64,000 bases of DNA from positions 96,563 through 160,562 of the forward strand of contig NZ_JBHTJM010000002.1 in assembly GCF_042675745.1 (NCBI RefSeq), given 5' to 3'. The notes below the pieces were generated by a model. That model made no database searches and was not told where the DNA came from. It was given only the letters and a program-made list of their open reading frames with translations. Of the stretch, positions 9,967 to 20,100 are shown piece after piece. Every line of letters begins with the position of its first letter. Position 1 is the first letter of the stretch. The stretch comes from Pseudofulvibacter geojedonensis (GTDB lineage: Bacteria > Bacteroidota > Bacteroidia > Flavobacteriales > Flavobacteriaceae). A program made the position numbers and the translations under genes.

Positions 9967-12414
9967 TTATTTTCTTTTAAAAATATTAACGATTCTTTTC
10001 CACCACGGTATTTCTACATCATTTTCATGATATCCATTTCCATACACGCCATAACCATATCCATAACCGTAGCCATAGCCATAACCGTAACCAGACTTTG
10101 CTTTGTAGTAATTTAATATGAAGCTTATATTATTAACTTCTCCGTTTTTATACTTTTCATTAATAAGACCTAACATTCCTTTTTTAGAATAATTCTGCCT
10201 TACCATATATAGGTTTGCATCAGAAAATCGAGTAAGATCTAAAGCATCTGTAACTAATCCTAACGGTGGAGTGTCTAATATTATATAGTCGTACACCTTT
10301 CTTAACTCATTTATAAACTCATCCATTTCCTTACTAATTAAAAGTTCAGAAGGGTTTGGAGGTATTGGTCCAGATGTAATTAAATCTAAGTTGGGTATGT
10401 GTGTTTTTTGTATAATTTCTGGCAATTCCTTATTTTTTACTAAATAATTTACAACACCAAAATTATTATGTAACTTAAAATCATCAAATATTTTTGGCTT
10501 TCTTAAATCTAATCCAACCAAAACCGTTTTTTTATTACTCATAGCGTACATTGTAGCTATATTTATAGTTGTAAATGTCTTTCCTTCTCCACTTACAGAT
10601 GATGTAACCAATACTACTCTAGTACTGTCTTCTTTCTGAGATTTTCTATAAACAAACTCTAAATTAGACCTTACAGACCTAAAAGCCTCTGCTACTGAAG
10701 ATTTTCCTTTCTCAAAAACTACAAGTGTTCTATCACTTTTACCAATAGCTCCTAAAATTGGAATTTTAGATAAAAATTCTATATCGTCTGGTCCAGTAAT
10801 TTTATTGTTTAGAAAGAATAACAATAACACTATTAAAGTTGGTACTATAAAGCTAATAGCTAACGCAAAAATATAATTTAGCCTTTTATTCGGTCCTATT
10901 AATCCTCCACCTACATCTTTTGCTGTATCAATAACCAACAAGTCAGAAACATTAGCAGCTTTTATAAGTCCAGCCTCATTTCGTTTAGCTAGAAATAAGT
11001 CATATAAATTATTACTTAAATTATATTTTCGTTCAATATTAATAAGCTTTTGTTGATTTTCTGGAAGCTTAGAGAACTTTCCTTCTACTTTAGCCAACCT
11101 ACTATTTACAGACTTTAATTCTATAGACAAAGCATTTCTATAAGAATTAATATTTTCTAGTAATACCGTTTTTATAGCTGAAATATTTCTATCTAAATCT
11201 TGGAAAACTGGTGATGTCTCTTGAAAACTGTTCTTTAGTTTTGAACGCTCAATAGATATTTGATGAATTTTAGATACGTTCCCTGTAATATTAGGATCTT
11301 CTATACCAGCTACTGATGGAGCAGGAACCTGCTGGTATTCTTTCCTGTTAATTAAATAGTCTTCTAATATTTTTAAATAATCAAATTTTTTATCAATCAT
11401 TTGCTTTTCTATATCTAGAGAAGTTAGTTCTCCAGACAATTTTGCTCCTTCAGAAGACAAGTCTAATGATTTCGTTTTTCTTCTAAAATCATTTAAGTTC
11501 GATTCGTTATCTTTTACATGAGATCGTAAACTATCTAGCATCTTATCAATAAATGTAATAGTTCTTGTAGCATATAGATTCTTTCTTTCTAATTGATCTC
11601 TACTAAGTACTTTTACCGATGCGTTTAAATAATCTACTAACCTTTTTTTATTAGTCCCTCTAAGTACTAAATTAACTATAGGCGACCCTGTATCCATACT
11701 GTTTACAGAAATCCCTTTATATTGAGATACCGTAGCATCAAAATCAGCAAAATAGATACTAAAGGGCGACAAATCTTCTATTAATTCTCCAGATAGCTTA
11801 TGTAGCTTAAATGACATGTTTGGTAATTTAACCAAGCTATCGTAATTAAATATTCTACTTATTTTTTCTCCTTTTTGTTGTACCCTCTTTTTATGTTTAG
11901 TACTATAATTTTGAGCTATTGCAGAAGTTTTCTCTGTATAAGTTACACTATACTTGTAATCATCTATTGGTTTTATTTTTACAGACTGATTTAAAATCTG
12001 ATATGAAGAGGTATCAACTTCAACCAAAAAGGGTACTTTTTTATATGCATCATACGACCAATATTCTGCTTTTTTTACATAGTTAACATAAAACTGTAAA
12101 TACTCTACTACCTTTTCTGTATGGGTTCTAGACTTTAATAAAGTAATTGTTGTTTGTATTTTATCTGATGCCCCTCCCCAATTAAAAGTCAAACTCGTAT
12201 TACTTGTAAAAAAAGGGTTTTTATCATTAGAAACAACAACATTTGTTGCCATTTGATAAACTGATTGCTTTCTTAAATTAATTTGATAAGCAGTTACTAA
12301 ACTAACTGCTAAAAAAATTGCATATAGAGGCCAAAAAGCTATAATCTTAAAAAACAAGTCTTTAAAATTAAGCATCGGCTTAACTTCCGAAATTTTAAAT
12401 TCTTCTTCCATCAT
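9967..12414 (-). CDS. wzc: Polysaccharide co-polymerase / tyrosine autokinase (Wzc-like, PCP-2a)
   Basis: It has an N-terminal TM, a coiled-coil periplasmic region, a second TM, a cytoplasmic P-loop domain (VTSSVSGEGKTFTTINIA) and a C-terminal Tyr cluster GYGYGYGYGYGYGVYGNGY. Confidence 0.9.
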   Translation of the reverse strand: MMEEEFKISEVKPMLNFKDLFFKIIAFWPLYAIFLAVSLVTAYQINLRKQSVYQMATNVVVSNDKNPFFTSNTSLTFNWGGASDKIQTTITLLKSRTHTEKVVEYLQFYVNYVKKAEYWSYDAYKKVPFLVEVDTSSYQILNQSVKIKPIDDYKYSVTYTEKTSAIAQNYSTKHKKRVQQKGEKISRIFNYDSLVKLPNMSFKLHKLSGELIEDLSPFSIYFADFDATVSQYKGISVNSMDTGSPIVNLVLRGTNKKRLVDYLNASVKVLSRDQLERKNLYATRTITFIDKMLDSLRSHVKDNESNLNDFRRKTKSLDLSSEGAKLSGELTSLDIEKQMIDKKFDYLKILEDYLINRKEYQQVPAPSVAGIEDPNITGNVSKIHQISIERSKLKNSFQETSPVFQDLDRNISAIKTVLLENINSYRNALSIELKSVNSRLAKVEGKFSKLPENQQKLINIERKYNLSNNLYDLFLAKRNEAGLIKAANVSDLLVIDTAKDVGGGLIGPNKRLNYIFALAISFIVPTLIVLLLFFLNNKITGPDDIEFLSKIPILGAIGKSDRTLVVFEKGKSSVAEAFRSVRSNLEFVYRKSQKEDSTRVVLVTSSVSGEGKTFTTINIATMYAMSNKKTVLVGLDLRKPKIFDDFKLHNNFGVVNYLVKNKELPEIIQKTHIPNLDLITSGPIPPNPSELLISKEMDEFINELRKVYDYIILDTPPLGLVTDALDLTRFSDANLYMVRQNYSKKGMLGLINEKYKNGEVNNISFILNYYKAKSGYGYGYGYGYGYGYGVYGNGYHENDVEIPWWKRIVNIFKRK
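10036..10093. repeat. Hexanucleotide-like tandem repeat (CCATAA/CCGTAG units) encoding the Wzc (GY)n tyrosine cluster
   Basis: On the plus strand the tract reads ccataaccatatccataaccgtagccatagccataaccgtaacc, the reverse complement of the YGYGYG codons. Confidence 0.8.
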
Positions 12415-12415
12415 A

Positions 12416-13258
12416 CTAGTTAAGTGTTCTAAACAACAAAATTGTTGTAGTTAACGCTGTAAAAACCGACATAATAGTTGTAAAAGTTTGTAAACCATTT
12501 GTTCCTGTTCCCCAAGATTTTTGAGGCAATGGCTTAATGTATATCATATCATTAGGTTGAACATAAAAAAAAGGAGATTCTAAAATTTTACTATCTGTCA
12601 AATCCAAATGATGAATTTTATGTCCACCCGGAAAAGGTCTTAGAATTAAAACATCTTTTTTATCTCCTAAAACAGGTATGTCACCAGAGTTAGCTATGGC
12701 TTCAAAAATATTTACTCTTTCTTGGTATAGTATACTGGTTCCAGGTCTTTTTATCTCGCCTAAAATAGTGTACTTTACCCCAGATAATTTAACTGTTAAA
12801 AAAATATTTGCCTCTTTTTTAAAGTATTCCTTAAGTAATTGACTTTTTATTTTCTCCTTAATTTCCTCTACAGTTAAATTCAAAACATTAACCTTTCCTA
12901 AAGTCGGTATATTTACATCGCCATGATCATCTACTAAAAAACCATCAAAATATAAATTCTGACCAGAAGTAGCATTTACATTATCTTCTGAAGCAATTGG
13001 ATTGAACATACCTACCAATTTTTGATCTAAAGCTTTTATCCTAATACTCAAAACATCGTTAATCTGAACACGATAAGGAGGTAATTGTTTATTTAAAAAA
13101 GCGCTTTCTAACTCTGCATTTTTTTTATTTTGAAAATATACTGTCTGTTTCCTTGATATACACGAGGTGAAAAACAAACTTCCTAGTAAAAAAACTAAAA
13201 ATAGTTTAAAATTCATTCTACCCATAAATTTAAGTAAGTTACAAATATAACTTTTCAA
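12416..13258 (-). CDS. wza: Outer-membrane polysaccharide export protein (OPX, Wza-like; Poly_export plus SLBB domains)
   Basis: It has a lipoprotein-type signal (FLLGSLFFTSC), a PES motif region (YRVQINDVLSIRI) and an SLBB domain. The true start is probably the internal Met near 13216 (MNFKLF...). Confidence 0.85.
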   Translation of the reverse strand: MKSYICNLLKFMGRMNFKLFLVFLLGSLFFTSCISRKQTVYFQNKKNAELESAFLNKQLPPYRVQINDVLSIRIKALDQKLVGMFNPIASEDNVNATSGQNLYFDGFLVDDHGDVNIPTLGKVNVLNLTVEEIKEKIKSQLLKEYFKKEANIFLTVKLSGVKYTILGEIKRPGTSILYQERVNIFEAIANSGDIPVLGDKKDVLILRPFPGGHKIHHLDLTDSKILESPFFYVQPNDMIYIKPLPQKSWGTGTNGLQTFTTIMSVFTALTTTILLFRTLN

Positions 13259-13325
13259 GCCTAATAATAAAACTTTATATTCTCTATCTAAGCTTTTTGC
13301 CTTTTATTTGTAAAAAAATAATTAC

Positions 13326-15188
13326 GTGAACTATTTATCGGTAGAAAACATCAGTAAATCTTTTGGAGAAAGAGTTTTATTTAATAATCTTTCTTTTGGA
13401 ATCAATAAAGATCAAAAAATAGCATTTATTGCCAAAAATGGAACTGGTAAAACCACTCTTTTGCATATTATTGCCGGCTTAGAAGAAGCTGATGCAGGGC
13501 AAATTGTAAAAAGAAAAGACCTGTATGTTGCATTTCTTTCTCAAGAAGACAAGTTAAATGAAAACTTTACAATAGAAGAAACCATTTTTGCTTCAGACAA
13601 CAAAACACTTCAGGTAATTAAACAATATAATAAAGTTTTAGAAAATCCTGAAAACACAGAAGCATATCAAAAGGCTTTTGATTTAATGGACCAACACAAT
13701 GCTTGGGATTTTGAAACTCAGTACAAGCAAATATTATTCAAATTAAAACTTGAAAACCTAAACCAAAAAGTTCATTTACTTTCTGGTGGTCAAAAGAAAA
13801 GATTAGCATTAGCCACAATCCTTATTAATAAACCCGATTTATTAATTCTTGATGAGCCAACAAACCATTTAGATTTAGAAATGATTGAATGGTTAGAATC
13901 CTATTTTAGAAAGGAAAACATTACTCTGTTTATGGTTACTCACGACAGGTATTTTTTAGAACGCGTTTGTAATGAAATTATTGAGTTAGAAAATGAACAA
14001 TTATATAGCTATAAAGGCAACTATTCTTACTACTTAGACAAAAAAGAAGCTCGTGTAACTGCTGAAAATGTAGAAATAGACAAGGCGAGAAATGTTTTTA
14101 AAAAAGAGCTCGATTGGATGCGCAGGCAGCCAAAAGCAAGAACTACAAAATCTAAATCTAGAATAGACGATTTCTTTGAAATAAAGAAAAAAGCACACTC
14201 TAGACGTAAAGAACATGTTATGCAACTAGAAATTAACATGGAGCGTTTAGGAAATAAAATTGTTGAGTTTCATAATGTAAGTAAAGCTTTTGAAAGTAAA
14301 ACAATACTTGATAAATTTAACTATACTTTTAAAAGAGGTGAAAGAATTGGTATTATTGGAAAAAACGGAACCGGAAAATCTACTTTTCTTAACATACTAA
14401 CCCATTCACTTACTCCAGACGCAGGAAAAGTTATTATTGGAGATACTATAAAATTTGGATATTATACCCAGAAAGGCATCAAGATAAAAGAGGGACAAAA
14501 AGTAATTGAAGTTATTAAGGAGTTTGGAGAATTTATCCCTCTAGCAAAAGGCAAAAAAATATCTGCAGCTCAATTATTAGAGCGTTTTTTGTTTAGCAAA
14601 AAAAGACAATATGATTTTGTAGAAAAGCTATCAGGTGGAGAACGTAAAAGACTTTATTTATGTACAGTGTTAATTCAAAACCCTAATTTTTTAATCCTTG
14701 ATGAACCAACTAATGATTTAGACATTATAACACTAAACGTATTAGAGAACTTCTTGTTAGATTACCCAGGCTGCTTGCTAGTAGTATCTCACGATAGATA
14801 CTTTATGGACAAAGTAGTAGATCACTTATTTGTTTTTAGAGGTCAAGGTATCGTTGAAGATTTTCCTGGTAATTACTCTGACTTTAGATCTTATGAAGAC
14901 AGCAATCCTCCGGAACAAAAAAAAATAGAGGCTAAAAAAGAAAAAAACACCTGGAAAAAGGAAAGTAAAGTTAAACTCTCATTTAACGAACAAAAAGAGT
15001 TTAACAAACTAGAAAACGATATTAAAAAATTAAACATACAGAAAAAAGAAACAGAAGAAATATTCAACAACCCAAATTTAAACCAAGAAGAAATTCAAGA
15101 AGCATCTAAAAAGCTTCAAGAAATTATCACAAGTATTGAAACTAAAGAAGATCGTTGGTTAGAATTATCTATGAAACTAGAAGAGTAA
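13326..15188 (+). CDS. ABC-F family ATPase (tandem ABC domains, no TMD; Uup/EttA/YbiT-like translation factor)
   Basis: There are two Walker A motifs (AKNGTGKTTLL; GKNGTGKSTFL) and two signature motifs (LSGGQKKRLAL; LSGGERKRLYL), with a linker and a C-terminal coiled coil. Confidence 0.9.
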   Translation: MNYLSVENISKSFGERVLFNNLSFGINKDQKIAFIAKNGTGKTTLLHIIAGLEEADAGQIVKRKDLYVAFLSQEDKLNENFTIEETIFASDNKTLQVIKQYNKVLENPENTEAYQKAFDLMDQHNAWDFETQYKQILFKLKLENLNQKVHLLSGGQKKRLALATILINKPDLLILDEPTNHLDLEMIEWLESYFRKENITLFMVTHDRYFLERVCNEIIELENEQLYSYKGNYSYYLDKKEARVTAENVEIDKARNVFKKELDWMRRQPKARTTKSKSRIDDFFEIKKKAHSRRKEHVMQLEINMERLGNKIVEFHNVSKAFESKTILDKFNYTFKRGERIGIIGKNGTGKSTFLNILTHSLTPDAGKVIIGDTIKFGYYTQKGIKIKEGQKVIEVIKEFGEFIPLAKGKKISAAQLLERFLFSKKRQYDFVEKLSGGERKRLYLCTVLIQNPNFLILDEPTNDLDIITLNVLENFLLDYPGCLLVVSHDRYFMDKVVDHLFVFRGQGIVEDFPGNYSDFRSYEDSNPPEQKKIEAKKEKNTWKKESKVKLSFNEQKEFNKLENDIKKLNIQKKETEEIFNNPNLNQEEIQEASKKLQEIITSIETKEDRWLELSMKLEE

Positions 15189-15191
15189 TAT

Positions 15192-15968
15192 ATGTTTCAA
15201 ATATTAGCATACATAAAATTTATATTTATCGCTAAAAGCAAACTCCGAACAAAATCGCTTTTTATTAATGAGGTTTTAAACGAGAGTTTACTCAATAAAG
15301 AACTTTTTCCTCTCTACACAACTTTAAAAAAATATCGCCATAAACTTTATCAAAATCATCAGACTATTCAAGTAACAGATTTTGGTTCTGGGAGTCGAGT
15401 TTTTAAAAGCAATACCCGAAAAATATCTGCTATTGCTAGAAATGCTGGCTTAGCCCCCAAACGAGCGGTATTGCTTAGCAAGTTAGCAAATTACTTCAAA
15501 CCTAAACACTCATTAGAAATAGGAACTTCTTTAGGTTTAGGCACAGCTGCTTTACATTTGGGCTACCCAAAAGGAAAAATAACAACCCTAGAAGGTTGCC
15601 CAGAAACTGGTAACATAGCTCAACAACAATTTACAAACTTCAATTTTAAAAACATTGATTTAGTAATAGGCGAGTTTAACAAATACCTTAACGATATTGA
15701 CTCCTCAAGTATATATGATTTGGTTTATTTTGATGGCAACCACCAAAAAGAGGCCACACTTAATTATTTTAATAAATTAATAAAACATTCTAATTCTAAT
15801 TCTGTCTTTATTTTTGACGATATACACTGGTCTAAAGAAATGGAAGAGGCTTGGGATGTAATTAAAAAAGATACTCGAGTAAAAACCACTATAGACACAT
15901 TTTTTTGGGGCTTAGTTTTCTTTAATTCAGAAGACACTCATCAAAAACATTTTAAAATAAGATTATAA
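15192..15968 (+). CDS. Class I SAM-dependent methyltransferase (O-methyltransferase family 3-like)
   Basis: It has the SAM-binding motif LEIGTSLGLGTAAL and an acidic motif II region (VYFDGNHQKE). Confidence 0.65.
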   Translation: MFQILAYIKFIFIAKSKLRTKSLFINEVLNESLLNKELFPLYTTLKKYRHKLYQNHQTIQVTDFGSGSRVFKSNTRKISAIARNAGLAPKRAVLLSKLANYFKPKHSLEIGTSLGLGTAALHLGYPKGKITTLEGCPETGNIAQQQFTNFNFKNIDLVIGEFNKYLNDIDSSSIYDLVYFDGNHQKEATLNYFNKLIKHSNSNSVFIFDDIHWSKEMEEAWDVIKKDTRVKTTIDTFFWGLVFFNSEDTHQKHFKIRL

Positions 15969-15971
15969 ACA

Positions 15972-16100
15972 ATGCCGTATCTTTGGGTTATATTAGCATT
16001 AATCTTCTTTTATCTTATTATAAAAGGATATGTTAACAGAAAAAACAGAAAGCGAAGTAAAAGAGACACTATTTTCGATAAAAGAAAAATGAGAAGATAA
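15972..16100 (+). CDS. Candidate 42-aa small membrane peptide (single TM plus polybasic tail)
   Basis: The ORF ATG..TAA encodes MPYLWVILALIFFYLIIKGYVNRKNRKRSKRDTIFDKRKMRR. It has the same architecture as two other unannotated mini-ORFs (29314, 57715) and lies between the methyltransferase and the adenosyltransferase. Confidence 0.3.
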   Translation: MPYLWVILALIFFYLIIKGYVNRKNRKRSKRDTIFDKRKMRR

Positions 16101-16139
16101 ATTTTTACTCATTTTCTTTCAATTTTAATATTATTAGTC

Positions 16140-16712
16140 ATGAAAGTATATACCAAAACAGGAGATAAAGGAACCACTGCTTTATTTGGAGGAACTAGAG
16201 TTCCTAAACACCATATTAGAATAGATAGCTACGGAACTGTAGATGAACTTAATTCATATATTGGACTTATAAGAGACCAAGAAATAGACCCCCGATCAAA
16301 AGAAATTTCAATCCACATTCAAGATCGATTATTTACCCTTGGAGCTATTTTAGCCACCGATCCAGAGAAAATGATTCTAAAAAACGGTAAAGAACGACTC
16401 AATATTCCTAAAATATCAGAAGAAAACATAGAGTTGTTAGAAAAGGAAATGGACATTATGAATGATTCTTTACCTCCAATGACGCATTTTGTTTTACCAG
16501 GCGGACACACAACCGTGTCATATTGTCATATAGCACGATGTGTCTGCAGAAGAGCAGAACGCTTAGCTAGCGCTCTTTTCGAAATAGAACCATTTGACGA
16601 TAGAGCTTTAAAATACTTAAACCGACTATCTGACTATCTTTTTGTATTGGCACGAAAGTTGTCACATGACTTACAAGCCGAAGAAGTTAAATGGGTTCCA
16701 GAAAAACTCTAA
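16140..16712 (+). CDS. PduO-type ATP:cob(I)alamin adenosyltransferase
   Basis: The N-terminus MKVYTKTGDKGTTALFGGTRVPK is the hallmark of PduO/MMAB-type adenosyltransferases, and the 190-aa size fits. Confidence 0.85.
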   Translation: MKVYTKTGDKGTTALFGGTRVPKHHIRIDSYGTVDELNSYIGLIRDQEIDPRSKEISIHIQDRLFTLGAILATDPEKMILKNGKERLNIPKISEENIELLEKEMDIMNDSLPPMTHFVLPGGHTTVSYCHIARCVCRRAERLASALFEIEPFDDRALKYLNRLSDYLFVLARKLSHDLQAEEVKWVPEKL

Positions 16713-16812
16713 TTTTGGGCGATTGCACTTAACCTTTTGCTCAATGTAAATTAGCAAATTGACAACTTAGAATACACGTTCTTATATATATGAATTAAAA
16801 TATGATTTTTTA

Positions 16813-16843
16813 CTTGATTTTTTCATATAAAAAATTATTTTTG
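16813..16843 (+). promoter_or_regulatory. Candidate Bacteroidetes sigmaA promoter (-33 TTG ... -7 TAttTTTG) for the DUF2795-secA transcription unit
   Basis: TATTTTTG at 16836-16843 matches the TAnnTTTG -7 consensus, with a TTG about 19 bp upstream and the ATG 28 nt downstream. Confidence 0.35.
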
Positions 16844-16870
16844 CTGAAGAATTAAAAATTAGTTACAATT

Positions 16871-17092
16871 ATGTATTGGACTTTAGAATTGGCATCGCAT
16901 TTAAGTGATGCACCTTGGCCAGCAACCAAAGACGAATTGATAGATTATGCTATTAGAACTGGAGCTCCGCTAGAAGTAGTAGAAAATTTACAGTCTATAG
17001 AAGATGAAGGAGATCAATATGAGTCTATTGAAGAAATATGGCCAGACTATCCTACCGAAGAAGACTATCTTTGGAACGAGGATGAATACTAA
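16871..17092 (+). CDS. DUF2795 domain protein
   Basis: It is a 73-aa acidic protein (WPATKDELIDYAIRTGAP...) and is the conserved small gene found immediately upstream of secA in Bacteroidota. Confidence 0.7.
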   Translation: MYWTLELASHLSDAPWPATKDELIDYAIRTGAPLEVVENLQSIEDEGDQYESIEEIWPDYPTEEDYLWNEDEY

Positions 17093-17112
17093 ACTATAAA
17101 AAACAACTAAAA

Positions 17113-17136
17113 AGTCTCTTCTAGAGGCTTTTTTTA
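17113..17136 (+). terminator. Candidate intrinsic terminator/attenuator between DUF2795 and secA
   Basis: The element AGTCTCT-tct-AGAGGCT forms a 7-bp stem (one G.U pair) followed by TTTTTTT. Confidence 0.45.
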
Positions 17137-17151
17137 TTATAAAATCACACT

Positions 17152-20100
17152 ATGAGTTTACTTAATAAAGTACTTAAAGTATTTGTTGGAGATAAGTCAA
17201 AAAAAGACTTGAAAGATATTCAACCATTAGTTAATAAAATTAAAAAAATTGAACCTACTCTGGTTGGTATTTCTAACGATGAACTTAGAAATAAAACAAT
17301 TGAATTTAAAGCTAAAATCAACGATGCAATAGCTGACATAAAATCTAAAATTGACGGACTAAAAACCGAAATTGAAGACACTTCAGATATTGACAAAAAA
17401 GAAGATTTATACACTCAAATAGATAAGCTAAACGAAGAAGCTTACGAAATATCAGAAAAAGTATTAATTGACATTTTACCAGAAGCTTTTGCTGTAGTTA
17501 AAGAAACAGCTAAACGTTTTACAGAAAATGATACTGTTTCTGTTACAGCTTCTGCCTATGATAGAGAACTTTCTGGAATCAAAGATTTTGTTGAATTAAA
17601 CGGAGATCAAGCTATTTGGCAAACTTCTTGGGATGCTGCAGGTACTGCCGTTACCTGGAACATGATTCATTACGATGTTCAATTAATTGGTGGTATTGCT
17701 ATGCACCAAGGTAAAATTGCAGAAATGCAAACAGGAGAAGGTAAAACCTTAGTAGCAACCTTACCTGTTTACTTAAATGCTTTAACTGGTAACGGTGTTC
17801 ATTTAGTAACTGTAAATGACTATTTAGCAAAACGAGATTGTGCTTGGATGGCTCCATTATTTCAATTTCACGGCTTAACAGTAGACTGTATAGATAACTA
17901 CCAACCTAACTCTGCCGAAAGAAGAGCAGCATATAATGCCGACATTACTTACGGAACTAATAACGAATTCGGTTTTGATTATCTACGTGATAACATGGCG
18001 CATTCACCAGATGATTTGGTGCAAAAAAAGCACAACTTTGCTATTGTAGATGAAATAGATTCTGTTTTAGTAGACGATGCACGTACACCTCTAATTATTT
18101 CTGGACCGATACCACAAGGAGACCGTCACGAGTTTAATGAATTAAAACCTAAAATTGCTAACGTTGTTGAAGTACAACGCAAATATTTGGTTGGTGTATT
18201 AGCAGAAGCTAAAAAACTAATTAAAGAAGGCAATACAGAAGAAGGTGGTGTTCTTTTATTACGTGTATATAGAGGTTTACCAAAAAATAAAGCTTTGATT
18301 AAGTTTTTAAGTGAAGAAGGAATTAAGCAATTGCTTCAGAAAACTGAAAACAAATACATGGCAGATAACAATCGTGAAATGCATAAGATTGATGCTGAAT
18401 TGTATTTTGTAATCGAAGAAAAGAACAATCAAATAGATTTAACAGACAAAGGAGTTGACTTTTTATCTAAAGACGATGGAGATAGAGATTTCTTTGTCAT
18501 GCCAGATATTGGAACCGAAATTGCTAAAATTGAATCTAAAGGTTTAGAAAAAGAAGAAGAAGCAGATTTAAAAGAAGAATTATACAGAGACTTTAGTATT
18601 AAAAGTGAACGTATACACTCTTTAAATCAACTATTAAAAGCATATACTTTATTTGAAAAGGATGTTGAGTATGTGGTAATGGATAACAAGGTTATGATCG
18701 TAGACGAATCTACTGGTCGTATCATGGATGGTCGTCGTTATTCAGACGGACTTCACCAAGCCATAGAGGCAAAAGAAAATGTAAAAATTGAAGCTGCCAC
18801 TCAAACTTTTGCTACTATTACTTTGCAAAATTACTTCAGAATGTACAACAAACTTTCTGGAATGACAGGTACAGCAATTACAGAAGCTGGAGAGTTTTGG
18901 GAAATTTATAAACTAGATGTTGTAGAAATTCCTACTAATCGTCCAATTGCAAGAAAAGACAAAGAAGATTTAGTTTACAAAACTAAGCGTGAAAAATACA
19001 ATGCTGTTATAGATGAAGTTACTAAACTATCTAACGAAGGAAGGCCTGTATTAATTGGTACAACCTCTGTTGAAATTTCGGAATTATTAAGTAGAATGTT
19101 AAAAATAAGAAACATTCCTCACAACGTTCTAAATGCAAAAATGCACAAAAAAGAAGCAGAGATTGTAGCCGAAGCTGGTCAAGGAGGTTTTGTTACTATT
19201 GCAACCAATATGGCAGGTCGTGGTACCGACATCAAACTATCTGACGCCGTTAAAAAAGCTGGTGGTTTAGCTATTATTGGTACAGAACGTCATGATTCTC
19301 GCCGTGTAGACCGTCAGTTAAGAGGTCGTTCTGGACGTCAAGGAGATCCAGGTAGTTCTCAATTTTATGTTTCTTTAGAAGATAACCTAATGCGTTTATT
19401 TGGTAGCGAACGTATTGCTAAAATGATGGATAGATTAGGTTTAGAAGAAGGAGAAGTAATACAACACGGTATGATCTCTAAATCTATAGAAAGAGCTCAG
19501 AAAAAAGTTGAAGAAAACAGCTTTGGAACTCGTAAACATTTATTAGAGTACGATGATGTAATGAGTAAACAACGTAATGTTATTTACAAGCGTCGTAAAA
19601 ATGCTTTATATGGTGAACGTTTAAGTATTGATATTGCTGACATGATTTATGACACAGCAGAGGTTATTACACTAAACAACAAACCTACTGAAGATTTTAA
19701 AAACTTTGAGTTTGAGTTAATTCGTTTCTTCTCTACTAGTTCTCCTATTTCAGAAGAAGAGTTTAAAAAGTTAAGTATTCAAGATATTACAGGAAAAGTT
19801 TATAAAGCTGTTATTGATCATTATCAGGAAAAAATGAAAAGAGCAGCAGATACTGCATTTCCAGTAATTAAAAATGTGTATGAAACTCAAGGCGATCAAT
19901 TTAGAAGGATTTTAGTTCCTTTTACAGATGGAATTAAAAGTTTAAATGTAGCTACAGATTTAGAAAAAGCATATAAAACAGAAGGAAAAGCTTTAATTAC
20001 CGACTTTGAGAAGAATATTACCCTAGCTATTATAGATGATTCTTGGAAGACTCACTTACGTAAGATGGATGAGTTAAAACAATCGGTTCGTTTAGCAGTT

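Noticed and set aside
12416-13258. The full 280-aa Wza ORF starting at 13258
   Set aside because: The lipoprotein signal peptide MNFKLFLVFLLGSLFFTSC begins at the internal Met near 13216. The upstream 14 codons are probably 5' UTR. The coordinates were kept as given, and the issue is flagged in the evidence.
15969-16139. An A/T-rich inverted repeat (AAAATGAG...CTCATTTT) between the methyltransferase and the adenosyltransferase, as a possible terminator
   Set aside because: The stem is weak and all A/T, with a 14-nt loop. It overlaps the candidate 42-aa mini-ORF, so it is not a convincing terminator.
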